Sequence record: OZ346189.1
Reading direction: 5' to 3' (one strand)
DNA: 64,000 bases
DNA from: a phage
Each line of letters starts with the position of its first letter. Position 1 is the first letter of the stretch. A program made the position numbers and the translations under genes. Below are positions 44,524 through 53,792 of the stretch, piece after piece. The notes beneath the pieces were generated by a model, which ran no database searches, was not told the origin of the DNA, and saw only the letters and a program-made list of their open reading frames with translations.

Positions 44524-45384
44524 ACCGTTGACAGAAGTTAACGTATTGATTTGATAGAGCAAAGTCTGCATGCTGTCAAATACGTCTTTATCTGTCATTT
44601 GCATTGCAACAGTCTCAGCATCTGGCAACCAATGTTCCTGGCAAAATTTAAGGTTCTTCTCATAAGTCGCCTCAGCATACTGTGCCAAATAATGGTCAAT
44701 ATGGCTCATAGTCTGACCCCCATATTGAGCACTAGCTACTGCACTAGAGATTTGGCTAAGGATTGTTGTTGCAACCCCTATTGACTTCGGCTTACTGACA
44801 TGGGCGTTACCAATGTTGAATCCGTTTTCCAACATATCTGGATAATTTACCAAACAACAGTTTGTTAACGGACTGATCAAGTAGTCAAGATCATGCACAT
44901 GGATGAAGCCTTTATTGTGCTCTTCTGAGACACGGTCTGGCAGGATCTGTGTTGATGCAAGGTGTTTGCTAAGGATGCCTGCAAGCAGGTCACGATGAGT
45001 GTGTACATGATTGGTAGGCTTATTTGCGTTTTCTTTTGTAAATTCATCACAAGTTCGATCCAAGAAGCCACTAATATCTGCAAGCAGTTTTCCACCTGCC
45101 TCTCTGTTATTATCTCTTGTCTGTCTATACTGGATGTATTCTCTGGCTGCACATTTTAAACCCATATCCATAAGAGCATCTTCAACAAGGATATGGATAT
45201 TTTTTACAGAGATCGTGCACTGGTCGGTTGGTAGATTGTTAGCAACAACTTCATTAACCGCACAAGCGATCCGGTAAGCTTCTTCTTCAGTATGTCCAGA
45301 CTCAAGTAAGGCGGACTCTGCCGCCTTGATCACCTTAATTCCGTTATAGACCTCTTCTCTACCGTCCCGTTTTACAACTTTCAC
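44524..45384 (-). CDS. nrdD: anaerobic ribonucleoside-triphosphate reductase, exon 1
   Basis: 287 codons; ATP-cone MKVVKRDGREEVYNGIKVIKA, conserved DLLAGILSKHLA and HVHDLDY segments; stop codon lies in intron. Confidence 0.8.
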
Positions 45385-45659
45385 TTTTTCTCTCCAAAAC
45401 CATTCTTAACAAAAGAGATGAAATCGTCGGCACCGCCTATATGGACACTTTCAAGATTGCTTTCTAAGAAGATCTGCGGCAACGTTCTGGGGACAATTGG
45501 ACTACACTTCTCAATAAGCTCTTCTTTTGTGTAGCCCTCGCCAAGTGTCTTATATACAAAAGGCAGACCTTTGCTGATTGCAAATTCTTTTGCTCTGACA
45601 CAGTGTGGGCAGTTATCCTTACCGTAAATGATGATGAAAAAAGATTTTTCGCAGCTCAT
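45381..45659 (-). CDS. glutaredoxin/NrdH-like redoxin
   Basis: 92 aa; active site CPHC in YGKDNCPHCVRAKEF. Confidence 0.65.
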   Translation of the reverse strand: MSCEKSFFIIIYGKDNCPHCVRAKEFAISKGLPFVYKTLGEGYTKEELIEKCSPIVPRTLPQIFLESNLESVHIGGADDFISFVKNGFGEKK

Positions 45660-45662
45660 ATA

Positions 45663-46751
45663 TTAAAACTCCCAAATTTCTTCTTCAGCGTCGTTAACAG
45701 TTGTGTTGACGCGGTAGTCAGTGTTCGACATTTCTTGGTTCGCCGTCTGTTGCAATGAAGGTTTCATCCACACCTGCATAAACGGTAGCGGGTCCTTTGT
45801 TGGCGGCACAAAGTCTTTGTCGATGTCGTAGTAATCATAAATCGGTGAGCAGTTATAGTCAACCCATTCTTTAAGCAACGGTGAGTTAAGACCTATAATC
45901 GCTCTTCCTTCGCTGAAAATATAGTCACTCCAACCGTACTCTTTGGTTCGCACTTCATCAAGAATCTCTTTTAACTCCCCTTTTATCTCAAGGAAGCTTT
46001 TCTCCCATGCGGGATCATTAAGCAGGATATCAATGATGGCAAAATCACCTTTCGAATGTAGCATTTCGTCAAGCATGATTTTTTGAACAAGCTGCGCCAC
46101 CTGAACAAAGATACCCTGTTCAGCTACTGCGAAAGTGCATGCAAAACTTGCAATAAACTCAATACTTTCCAGAGCTAAAAGTGCAAAAAGCGCTCTAAGA
46201 ATGCATTTCCGCACAACATCTTCTTCAACACTAGAAGGATCCAGTCGGTATTTTGCACCAATAACCTCAAGCTCTTGCATGTATTTGACAATAACGCCGG
46301 ATCTGCTCAGAACGTTTTGGTTTTCCTGAATCTCTTCTATAATCTCACGGGCATTGGGGAGGCATTGTCTAACAATCTCTGAGTAAGTTAGTGCGTGAAG
46401 AACTTCAATCTCCGACTGTTTCATCAATAGAGTGAAAAGCTCACTATTAGTGATGAATGGTGAAAAGAGGCAGATGATCGATCTTGCCGCAACGCTATCA
46501 GCCTCCCATTGCCACATCAAGGTCTGAACCATCACATCATAAGTTGACTTTGAGCATGTTACAAAATCTGAAATAGATTGCGACAAATCCACTTCATCCT
46601 CTGCCCAGTCTTGTTCTTTTTGTTTTTTGTACAGTTCGAACAGTTGTGGATATTTTTTGTTGATAGAGTCGTACATACCCATTTGCTGTCCCAGAAACAG
46701 CGGATAGTCACCAGTTTTATGAGCGGTGTTCTCAGCATTAAATACAGCCAT
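45663..46751 (-). CDS. nrdB: ribonucleotide reductase small subunit
   Basis: ORF track 45663-46811 runs through an intercistronic hairpin; likely start MAVFNAENTAH at 46751 after AGAGGTAGAA; ferritin-like RNR beta. Confidence 0.85.
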   Translation of the reverse strand: MAVFNAENTAHKTGDYPLFLGQQMGMYDSINKKYPQLFELYKKQKEQDWAEDEVDLSQSISDFVTCSKSTYDVMVQTLMWQWEADSVAARSIICLFSPFITNSELFTLLMKQSEIEVLHALTYSEIVRQCLPNAREIIEEIQENQNVLSRSGVIVKYMQELEVIGAKYRLDPSSVEEDVVRKCILRALFALLALESIEFIASFACTFAVAEQGIFVQVAQLVQKIMLDEMLHSKGDFAIIDILLNDPAWEKSFLEIKGELKEILDEVRTKEYGWSDYIFSEGRAIIGLNSPLLKEWVDYNCSPIYDYYDIDKDFVPPTKDPLPFMQVWMKPSLQQTANQEMSNTDYRVNTTVNDAEEEIWEF

Positions 46752-46768
46752 TATTCTACCTCTAAAAT

Positions 46769-46782
46769 GGGGCCGAAGCCCC
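46769..46782 (-). terminator. intercistronic hairpin between nrdA and nrdB (attenuator/processing site candidate)
   Basis: Transcript-sense GGGGC-UUCG-GCCCC followed by AUUUUA, 13 nt before the nrdB SD. Confidence 0.35.
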
Positions 46783-46789
46783 TTTAAAA

Positions 46790-49105
46790 TTATAGTGCAC
46801 AGCTTTCGCAATACGGATCTTCAACTGAACTATCTGCAATCAAAGGATAGTTCTTTCTGGTTTCATCTTCAGCCTGTTTCTTGGCATGAAGTTCCTCTGC
46901 CAAGGAGTCACCCGCACCAACCCTAGAGTTTAAATAATACCATGTCTTCATTCCGAATTTAGTGGCACGGATAAGGTACCCTAGCTGCTCCTTCATTGAA
47001 ATTTTACCATCTTTCAACTTGGTGTAGTCTATGTATAAATCCGCGCTGATTGCCTGACCTGTGAATTTTTGAATCACAGCATACATATCGATCATGTCGT
47101 TAGTATCAACGTCCCAAGCCGAAGTGTAATACTCTTTCAACTCATCATAGTCAGGAACGATAAACAGCACCTGCCCTTGTGGCGACTTTTTAAAGATAAT
47201 GTGCTCACGGACAGGATAAACCCCGTTAGTGGTGTTTGTTGCCAGCGAAGAGCTTTCATTAGGCATATATGCTTCAAGAACGCTATTACGTAGCCCACCA
47301 TTTTCAACGATTTCTTTACGTAACCCTTCCCAATCCTGTTTAAGAGAAGGATCTTTCACCACGCTATCGACCTCTTTGTTATAGGTGTCGATTGGTAACC
47401 AACCTTCTGGATATTTTGTTTTATGCATCCACTCGCAGACACCACGCTCTTTTGCCAACCGTAAACTTGCCTTATGCAAGCTGTAGCTGTGAAGTTCTGC
47501 AAGATCGTGAACGAGCTGTTTACTTTCAGGAGACCCGTAAGTAACCTTGTGGCTGGCAATAAAATGTGCAACATTGGTAAGGCCAACCCCGATGGATCTG
47601 CGTTTTTTAACTGTGCTTTCCATATTTTCATACGGATATGTCATGATTTCCATAACATTGTCAATCATAAGCACCGTATAGTATGCAACATCCTCATACT
47701 CCTCTGGAGTAACCCTCCCAGCTACAAGAGATGACAGGAAGCACAATGCAACCTCTCCATCATCAGCATCGTACTTGAAGATATTACGCATATCTGAATA
47801 GCCTTTTGTCGGGAGGGCTATTTCTGCACACAGGTTGCTTGAATAGATCACATCTTTAAAAGGTGTATGTCTATTCATCTCATCTGTCCAGTATACGTAC
47901 AGCCTTCCCACCTCAGTGCGCTGCGTGATCAGTTCAACAGCAAGATCTCTAGCTCGGATCCATGTTTTAGGAATACTGTCATCTTTAGCAATACGATCAA
48001 CCTCTGCATCAAACTCCTCTATAGACATGGTGAAGATACCCTCATGCAGTTGAGGCGCGTGCTTATAAGAAACAAGCATCCAATCTAAATTCTTAGCCAC
48101 ACGGTTGATAAACGACCTATTAATACCGATGGAGTAGTCCATGGTGTTGATTCTTTTTGAAGCAACAGTCATAGGGTTTCTCAAACGGATTAGCTCATCA
48201 ATCTGCGGGTCCAGTGCAAGGAATGATACTGTTGCAGAACCACCACGTGATTGTTGTCTGTTCTCCTTAACCCCAGCATCAATACCTCGATAATATGGAA
48301 TCTTACCCATATGTTTAATAGTGTTACCACGAACACCATCGCCTGCAGATCTTGAGGATAAGTAGTAGCCGATACCTGCTTGGTTAACCGTCATTGTGTA
48401 CGCAACTTCACGTGCCACACCAATAGATTTTGCTGTATCGTCAGCTTTTATTACACAACAAGATGCATACCCTGTCTTACCTGTGCGCAGCCCGTTTAAG
48501 TACGGTGTCGGGGCATTGATCTTTAAGTCGGACAGGTAAGTGTATAATTTTACAACATCGTTGATACGACGTTCTTTCGGCATATTCTTCATGACAGCCA
48601 TTGCTATCCCCATAAACATCATCTGGGGAGATTCAAACAAGGTGTCTTTAAGAGTATCCTTGATCCCGTATTTGTCGCGAAACTGTTTAAGGACTGCATA
48701 GCCATAACCGAGATCTTTACTGTGATCAATAACAGTGCCTAAAGTGTTTAACTCGGTAAAGCTATAACCCATATCCTCCCAATACCCTTTCTCAACCATG
48801 TCGTTGTAAAATGATGGTAAGGAAGGGATCTTTGTAAACCCTCCAAAAGCCTCTTTATAAATCTGACCAATAAGAACACGACCAGCCATACGGGAATGTG
48901 CTTCGTCTTTACGGCTAACACAGGAGTCTATGATAGCTTGGTTAACTTCTTTGGTTGTACATCCATCATACAGTCGTTTGTATGCATCCAGTGCAATGTG
49001 TGACCAATTGCCGTTACCGTCGTCACCGAAAATAGCTGCCTTATTTAAACGTTCTGGATCGAATGCCACTTCACATCCGTTGCTTTTAATTACCTTGGTG
49101 ATCAA
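46790..49105 (-). CDS. nrdA: ribonucleotide reductase large subunit
   Basis: 771 aa; N-terminal ATP-cone, catalytic SSNLCAEIALPT, C-terminal redox pair ...CESCAL. Confidence 0.9.
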   Translation of the reverse strand: MITKVIKSNGCEVAFDPERLNKAAIFGDDGNGNWSHIALDAYKRLYDGCTTKEVNQAIIDSCVSRKDEAHSRMAGRVLIGQIYKEAFGGFTKIPSLPSFYNDMVEKGYWEDMGYSFTELNTLGTVIDHSKDLGYGYAVLKQFRDKYGIKDTLKDTLFESPQMMFMGIAMAVMKNMPKERRINDVVKLYTYLSDLKINAPTPYLNGLRTGKTGYASCCVIKADDTAKSIGVAREVAYTMTVNQAGIGYYLSSRSAGDGVRGNTIKHMGKIPYYRGIDAGVKENRQQSRGGSATVSFLALDPQIDELIRLRNPMTVASKRINTMDYSIGINRSFINRVAKNLDWMLVSYKHAPQLHEGIFTMSIEEFDAEVDRIAKDDSIPKTWIRARDLAVELITQRTEVGRLYVYWTDEMNRHTPFKDVIYSSNLCAEIALPTKGYSDMRNIFKYDADDGEVALCFLSSLVAGRVTPEEYEDVAYYTVLMIDNVMEIMTYPYENMESTVKKRRSIGVGLTNVAHFIASHKVTYGSPESKQLVHDLAELHSYSLHKASLRLAKERGVCEWMHKTKYPEGWLPIDTYNKEVDSVVKDPSLKQDWEGLRKEIVENGGLRNSVLEAYMPNESSSLATNTTNGVYPVREHIIFKKSPQGQVLFIVPDYDELKEYYTSAWDVDTNDMIDMYAVIQKFTGQAISADLYIDYTKLKDGKISMKEQLGYLIRATKFGMKTWYYLNSRVGAGDSLAEELHAKKQAEDETRKNYPLIADSSVEDPYCESCAL

Positions 49106-49332
49106 TTTGCTTCCTCCACTTCATTAACGTATTTATCAAGGCAGGTATCAGTATCTTGCTGGATAAAGGTATCCTCTTCTACAGAGATATTTATAATTTT
49201 ACCTGTATACTCGTCATAATAAACATCATCATACATTTTAATATCGTTTGTCAGGCCGTTGAACCAAAGCCAACCAACATACTCTGCCCGACTTGCAAAA
49301 CCAAGATCCTTCCACTTGGAGTTATGACTCAT
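49102..49332 (-). CDS. hypothetical protein
   Basis: ORF track 49102-49410 overlaps upstream gene; internal start MSHNSKWKDLG at 49332 after AAGGTGG SD. Confidence 0.35.
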   Translation of the reverse strand: MSHNSKWKDLGFASRAEYVGWLWFNGLTNDIKMYDDVYYDEYTGKIINISVEEDTFIQQDTDTCLDKYVNEVEEAN

Positions 49333-49342
49333 CTTCACCACC

Positions 49343-49843
49343 TTAGCTTTCAATACCGAATAATTTTTCCAGGCGATGCAGATCTTCAAAATTAAAAGGT
49401 TCATCAACAATATGAATATCTTCAGCCTTTTCAGATTGTTTTGTATACTTTCTTACATTAACACGATCCTCTACAGGGATATCATACGGAAGATCTTGAA
49501 CAAGCATTGCCTCACCGGGTGCTTTATCTACATCTAAAATATCTACACCGTTATACATTTGCGGGTATCTAAAGTCTGCACGCATGACACCAGCAAATAC
49601 ATCTGCCTTTCGATAATGTGTTGGCTTATTTTTGCATCGAACGTTTTTTCCACGAAGAACATCAATACTTTTTAAATCAAACCCTACGGCAAAGAGTGCA
49701 GCTCGGAGACCGTTTCGTGTGCGAACGTTAAACCCGGGAACGGTAGATAGGAAATCCAAAGTAACTGAAATAAATGTCTTTTTAGGAATCATAACATTAC
49801 TCATATCTGTCTCCATTTCTGGCCCACTAACAAAGTGAGCCAT
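49343..49843 (-). CDS. hypothetical protein
   Basis: 166 aa. Confidence 0.45.
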   Translation of the reverse strand: MAHFVSGPEMETDMSNVMIPKKTFISVTLDFLSTVPGFNVRTRNGLRAALFAVGFDLKSIDVLRGKNVRCKNKPTHYRKADVFAGVMRADFRYPQMYNGVDILDVDKAPGEAMLVQDLPYDIPVEDRVNVRKYTKQSEKAEDIHIVDEPFNFEDLHRLEKLFGIES

Positions 49844-49902
49844 TATTATAGATTATCTAATACTATTAGTCAACACAAAAATTACCTATCGCTGTGATAG
49901 GA

Positions 49903-50886
49903 TTAACCTTTCACGAAGTGGTTATTAAGCAGTTGTCTGTGCTGAACCCACCCACAAAAGTTGGCAGACCAGAATTTACCATCACGATCTTGATGGGTTA
50001 CACCTTCCTGCCAAGTACTGATGTCTTGTGTGATTTCACATGAAGACAGGTAGTAGTTTAAACGTTCCATTGCGTTATCGTGATCCATAGGTGTCGCCTG
50101 GTGCTCGTAAGGGCTTGCATGAATACGATCCCCACCAATCAATTTTTTAGCCACACTGTCTGCCTTTTCAAACGTGCTGTCAATATTTCGATAAGATACT
50201 TGTGCACAGCAACTAGCACTGATAGACAGAGCTTCTTTAGTATCGAGAATGCAAAGCTTTCCTTCTGTGTCACGTACAGCGTAGTTAAACTCTCCGTCCA
50301 AATAAACGTGCTCTACATATGGGGTGTGCCATTGACCCGGTTTAAGGATTTCAGGAGTGCTATTCCCAAGAGCCTCCCACATACAATTAGCCAACATCTG
50401 AATCGTAGGATCCGCATCGTGCCAGCAACGGAGGTGGAAAAAATTATTCCACTCGGTGCTTGTTACAACTGTTTTCATGCGCTGGAATGGCTCCACTAAG
50501 CGGTTACATACTTGCTTATGGTAACCAGCAAGGGCGAACTTCTCTGCATGCCAAGCGGCGTTTTTTGCAGCTTCTTTCCAAAACTCTTCAGGAGTTAGCT
50601 CCATGTCAGTGTACTCTACACGGATCTTTTGATCGTGTTCCCCACCATCTTCCATTCCTCGCTTATTTACACCGAAGCGAACTGGCATTGCCGGATTCTC
50701 CACAATCTGTTGCAGCATCTTGCCGACAGGTACTGCACGGGAAGACATGGCGTTTCGGCTGAACACTCGGTGCGTCATAAGCTCTGAGTGAATAATTCGA
50801 GGATACTCTAGTTCAAAAGTGGTGATACGCTTACCTTTCTCGGAAATGCTGTCAGCAATAATCTTTGCAGTGCACAGTTTTAGCAT
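49903..50886 (-). CDS. thyX: flavin-dependent thymidylate synthase-like protein
   Basis: 327 aa; ThyX-type motif THRVFSRNAMSSR (RHR..S....S.R pattern) in N-terminal domain; longer than typical ThyX. Confidence 0.5.
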   Translation of the reverse strand: MLKLCTAKIIADSISEKGKRITTFELEYPRIIHSELMTHRVFSRNAMSSRAVPVGKMLQQIVENPAMPVRFGVNKRGMEDGGEHDQKIRVEYTDMELTPEEFWKEAAKNAAWHAEKFALAGYHKQVCNRLVEPFQRMKTVVTSTEWNNFFHLRCWHDADPTIQMLANCMWEALGNSTPEILKPGQWHTPYVEHVYLDGEFNYAVRDTEGKLCILDTKEALSISASCCAQVSYRNIDSTFEKADSVAKKLIGGDRIHASPYEHQATPMDHDNAMERLNYYLSSCEITQDISTWQEGVTHQDRDGKFWSANFCGWVQHRQLLNNHFVKG

Positions 50887-51086
50887 TATTTAGCTCTCCT
50901 TGTTTTAATTTTGGAAATTTCGTCTGGGTTTATGTTGGCCTTAAATGCAAGGTATCTGTTGAACATGTCAGAGCACATATCTTGGGTGATCCTAGAGGCA
51001 TACACTAGCTTACCTCCTAGATCATACACCTCTAGCCAGTCACCGTATCTGACTACAGGATCGCCACCTTTAGAACATCTGCCCAT
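50886..51086 (-). CDS. hypothetical protein
   Basis: 66 aa. Confidence 0.4.
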   Translation of the reverse strand: MGRCSKGGDPVVRYGDWLEVYDLGGKLVYASRITQDMCSDMFNRYLAFKANINPDEISKIKTRRAK

Positions 51087-51087
51087 T

Positions 51088-51681
51088 TCAAATACCTTCT
51101 AAAAATTTTCCTATTTTATACCAGCTATTAGCGGTATAGTCAACACTGACCTTTAACTCCTCGAATTGCTCATAAGGCGTATCTTTTAGGATTTTAATAA
51201 CTTCAGGTCGTGAAGCGAATTGGTTCAGGTATTCATGCCTGTCGTCAATTATAACATCTACAGCCACATTCCCTTTGAAATGTGTGGCGTAGAAGCCGTG
51301 GCCCTGGGTGTGATCGTCCAGATCCATAAAATCACTGGTCCAACGCTTTAAGAACCTTGATTTAGATGCAAGGTGACCTTTCTTGCATACCGAGATAAAT
51401 GCAAGCTTGTGACCACGAGCCACCAAATCTTTCATAACCTCAATAGCCCCCTCTTCAGGCTTAAGGAAGTCGTAGAGGAACGGATCACTCCAGAAATCAA
51501 AAGGTCCTATGATGTTTTCTTTGGGACGATCAGGCCAATACTTTGACAGATCGTAGTACATTAGCCCATTAGAAGGTTTAGCTACTGTCTTACTGGCTGG
51601 ACCATACAAACGCTCCAACCACTCCCACCATGCTGTTCCTGAATCTACCAGTGTCAGATCTACATCAATTCCGATTAACAT
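51088..51681 (-). CDS. HAD-family 5'(3')-deoxyribonucleotidase
   Basis: 197 aa; HAD motif I GIDVDLTLVD (D-x-D-x-T). Confidence 0.5.
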   Translation of the reverse strand: MLIGIDVDLTLVDSGTAWWEWLERLYGPASKTVAKPSNGLMYYDLSKYWPDRPKENIIGPFDFWSDPFLYDFLKPEEGAIEVMKDLVARGHKLAFISVCKKGHLASKSRFLKRWTSDFMDLDDHTQGHGFYATHFKGNVAVDVIIDDRHEYLNQFASRPEVIKILKDTPYEQFEELKVSVDYTANSWYKIGKFLEGI

Positions 51682-52289
51682 TCTTCTTGGGCCTCTTTAG
51701 CATCAATATACTTGCACACAATCTCCGATGCACACTCCCAAGGTGCACCTTCAGGGTTTACAACATCAAACTCAACCCCTTTTATTCCGTTCTTTTCCAG
51801 ACTTAGATAGGTTCTGGAATCATTTCCCCAGTCATATCCTACACGGTGAATACGGAACAACAACAGATCTCCACCTGTGCTGTATGCGTACTCGCTAAGG
51901 CATGCCAGCTCCTCTTTGAATCCCCCATCGGAGTAAACAATAACCCCTTTACCTTCAGGGAAATCTTTCTTCAAAGATGCGACTGAGGCTTTACCGAAAG
52001 CATCTTCACCAAAGATAGGTTTAATCAGATTTTCACTACAATGGATCATCCATTCTCGCGGAGAAACATGCTTGCCGTCTATCATTAAGAAAGGGCAAGG
52101 CTCTTCTTTGTAGTGGCGGTCATAAAGTGCATTCCAGAGTTGAGGAGTTACACCAGCTGCCTTAATTGCCACACTGAAGAGCATTTCCTTAACCTCACGG
52201 TGGTGTGAGTTAGGAATAGCTTCCAACAAGAGATCTGCAATGTGATCCTTACCACTGCTGGGTGGGGCGTTAAGAACAATAATATCCAT
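51675..52289 (-). CDS. deoxynucleoside monophosphate kinase
   Basis: 204 aa; P-loop NAPPSSGKDHIADLL as in phage dNMP kinases. Confidence 0.5.
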   Translation of the reverse strand: MDIIVLNAPPSSGKDHIADLLLEAIPNSHHREVKEMLFSVAIKAAGVTPQLWNALYDRHYKEEPCPFLMIDGKHVSPREWMIHCSENLIKPIFGEDAFGKASVASLKKDFPEGKGVIVYSDGGFKEELACLSEYAYSTGGDLLLFRIHRVGYDWGNDSRTYLSLEKNGIKGVEFDVVNPEGAPWECASEIVCKYIDAKEAQEEC

Positions 52290-52492
52290 TAAAAACCTCC
52301 GTGGTATTCTTCAACTGCATCAATAATACTTTTACACTTATCTACCAGCTCGTTAGCCACTACAGCATCGTCTTCCCAAACAGCCTCCTCAATCTGATCA
52401 AGCAATGATCGCATCTTACTCATCATTTCTGGGATAAAGTTTTCTGAAAAGCTGTCTGGAATTGTTAACTCTAGTGTCATTTCGGTCTCCAA
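52289..52492 (-). CDS. acidic hypothetical protein
   Basis: 67 aa; about 30% Asp/Glu. Confidence 0.4.
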   Translation of the reverse strand: METEMTLELTIPDSFSENFIPEMMSKMRSLLDQIEEAVWEDDAVVANELVDKCKSIIDAVEEYHGGF

Positions 52493-52507
52493 TCATACTA
52501 TGCGTTA

Positions 52508-52966
52508 TTAGAAGTTTGTTTTTACACGTCCCTTCTCATCAACCTCGTTGTTAGCTAAAAGCGTTACAAAGTCTGTGAAACGAACATGAAGAACCCTTTT
52601 CTTATCAAGGTATCCTAAAGCCACCCCTGAGAAATTTAGCATCAAAGGGGCTAAAGAAGCTCTGGCACTGAAATGCTGTTGTTCTACCCTTCCAACACCC
52701 TTAGTGTAGGATGGGTTAAGATTGTAAGTTCTGAATCCCAGTTTTGTTGGAGCTTTAGAATTAAAAACGACTTTATAGCGTTTCTTACTCAACTTATGCT
52801 CCAGGATAAGCATTCCCTTATCACCTTTGATAAGTTGAAAATCTGTAAAGTGCTCTTTTAAGACGAAAGGTAGTGCCAGTCCCATCGCCTGTCCTCTTTG
52901 TACCGCTGTCTCACCAAAAGCTTTTGCATCAGTAAGTTCTTTGGTCAAGTCTATGCTTTTGATCAT
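52508..52966 (-). CDS. hypothetical protein
   Basis: 152 aa. Confidence 0.4.
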   Translation of the reverse strand: MIKSIDLTKELTDAKAFGETAVQRGQAMGLALPFVLKEHFTDFQLIKGDKGMLILEHKLSKKRYKVVFNSKAPTKLGFRTYNLNPSYTKGVGRVEQQHFSARASLAPLMLNFSGVALGYLDKKRVLHVRFTDFVTLLANNEVDEKGRVKTNF

Positions 52967-53777
52967 ACCTGGTCTCCAAAATGTATTGTAGTTCTTTCTT
53001 ACCTATACTCTTCATTCCAGCAGTCTTACCTGCTTCTTCTTGAAAAGAAGAATAGCATTCAGCAAACACTCTGTCAACACCGTTAACTAAAGATTTTATG
53101 AAATATGTTGATTCTTCAGATTTTGGGTCATCATCCCCCAATACTTTTCCAGCATTATACCCAACACGTCTTACACAGAAGTCGTAGTCATCTGGTGTGC
53201 TAAAAGAAAATAACTTATTCTCTCCAATCTCTACAGGATCCCTATTGCACGCCTTTTTCTCCCAAATTTGGAAAACACATGGCACGTCATAAGGTTTGCC
53301 ATTAAGTAAAAACGAATTCTTAGGGCACCTTTCGCTGTAGACAAGGTGCATCGACATGTCCAGTTTGTTTGCAAAAAATATTTTTTCAAATGTCCGTGGC
53401 AAGATGAAGGCTATAGCCCCTCCAAGCTCTAGCAATGATGCACAATGGTTAAAGAATTTGCAAGCTAAGGATGAATTCTTGCCAAATGGTGGGTTACCTA
53501 TGAAGACATCTGCCTTGGGATGCACCTCCAAGAAGTTTGCCTGAATGCACGGTGTTGGTCCTTCAAATTCAGGATCTGGTACTAAATCGTACGACAGTAT
53601 CTCTGAAAATAGTTTTGAAAAAGAACCCCTTCCAGCAGAAGGCTCAACGTATGCACAATTCCCATACTTATCTTTTACTTTACCAACAAGATATTCTGCA
53701 TACTCAGGGTTTGTGTAGTATTTGTCGTTGGACTCTTTCTTGCTCAAAGTGCCTCCAAAAGGAAAAGGGAGGCGCAA
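52929..53777 (-). CDS. DNA N6-adenine methyltransferase
   Basis: 282 aa; motif I VEPSAGRGSF and motif IV FIGNPPFG. Confidence 0.7.
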   Translation of the reverse strand: MRLPFPFGGTLSKKESNDKYYTNPEYAEYLVGKVKDKYGNCAYVEPSAGRGSFSKLFSEILSYDLVPDPEFEGPTPCIQANFLEVHPKADVFIGNPPFGKNSSLACKFFNHCASLLELGGAIAFILPRTFEKIFFANKLDMSMHLVYSERCPKNSFLLNGKPYDVPCVFQIWEKKACNRDPVEIGENKLFSFSTPDDYDFCVRRVGYNAGKVLGDDDPKSEESTYFIKSLVNGVDRVFAECYSSFQEEAGKTAGMKSIGKKELQYILETRYDQKHRLDQRTY

Positions 53778-53792
53778 GCCTCCCTATAATTG

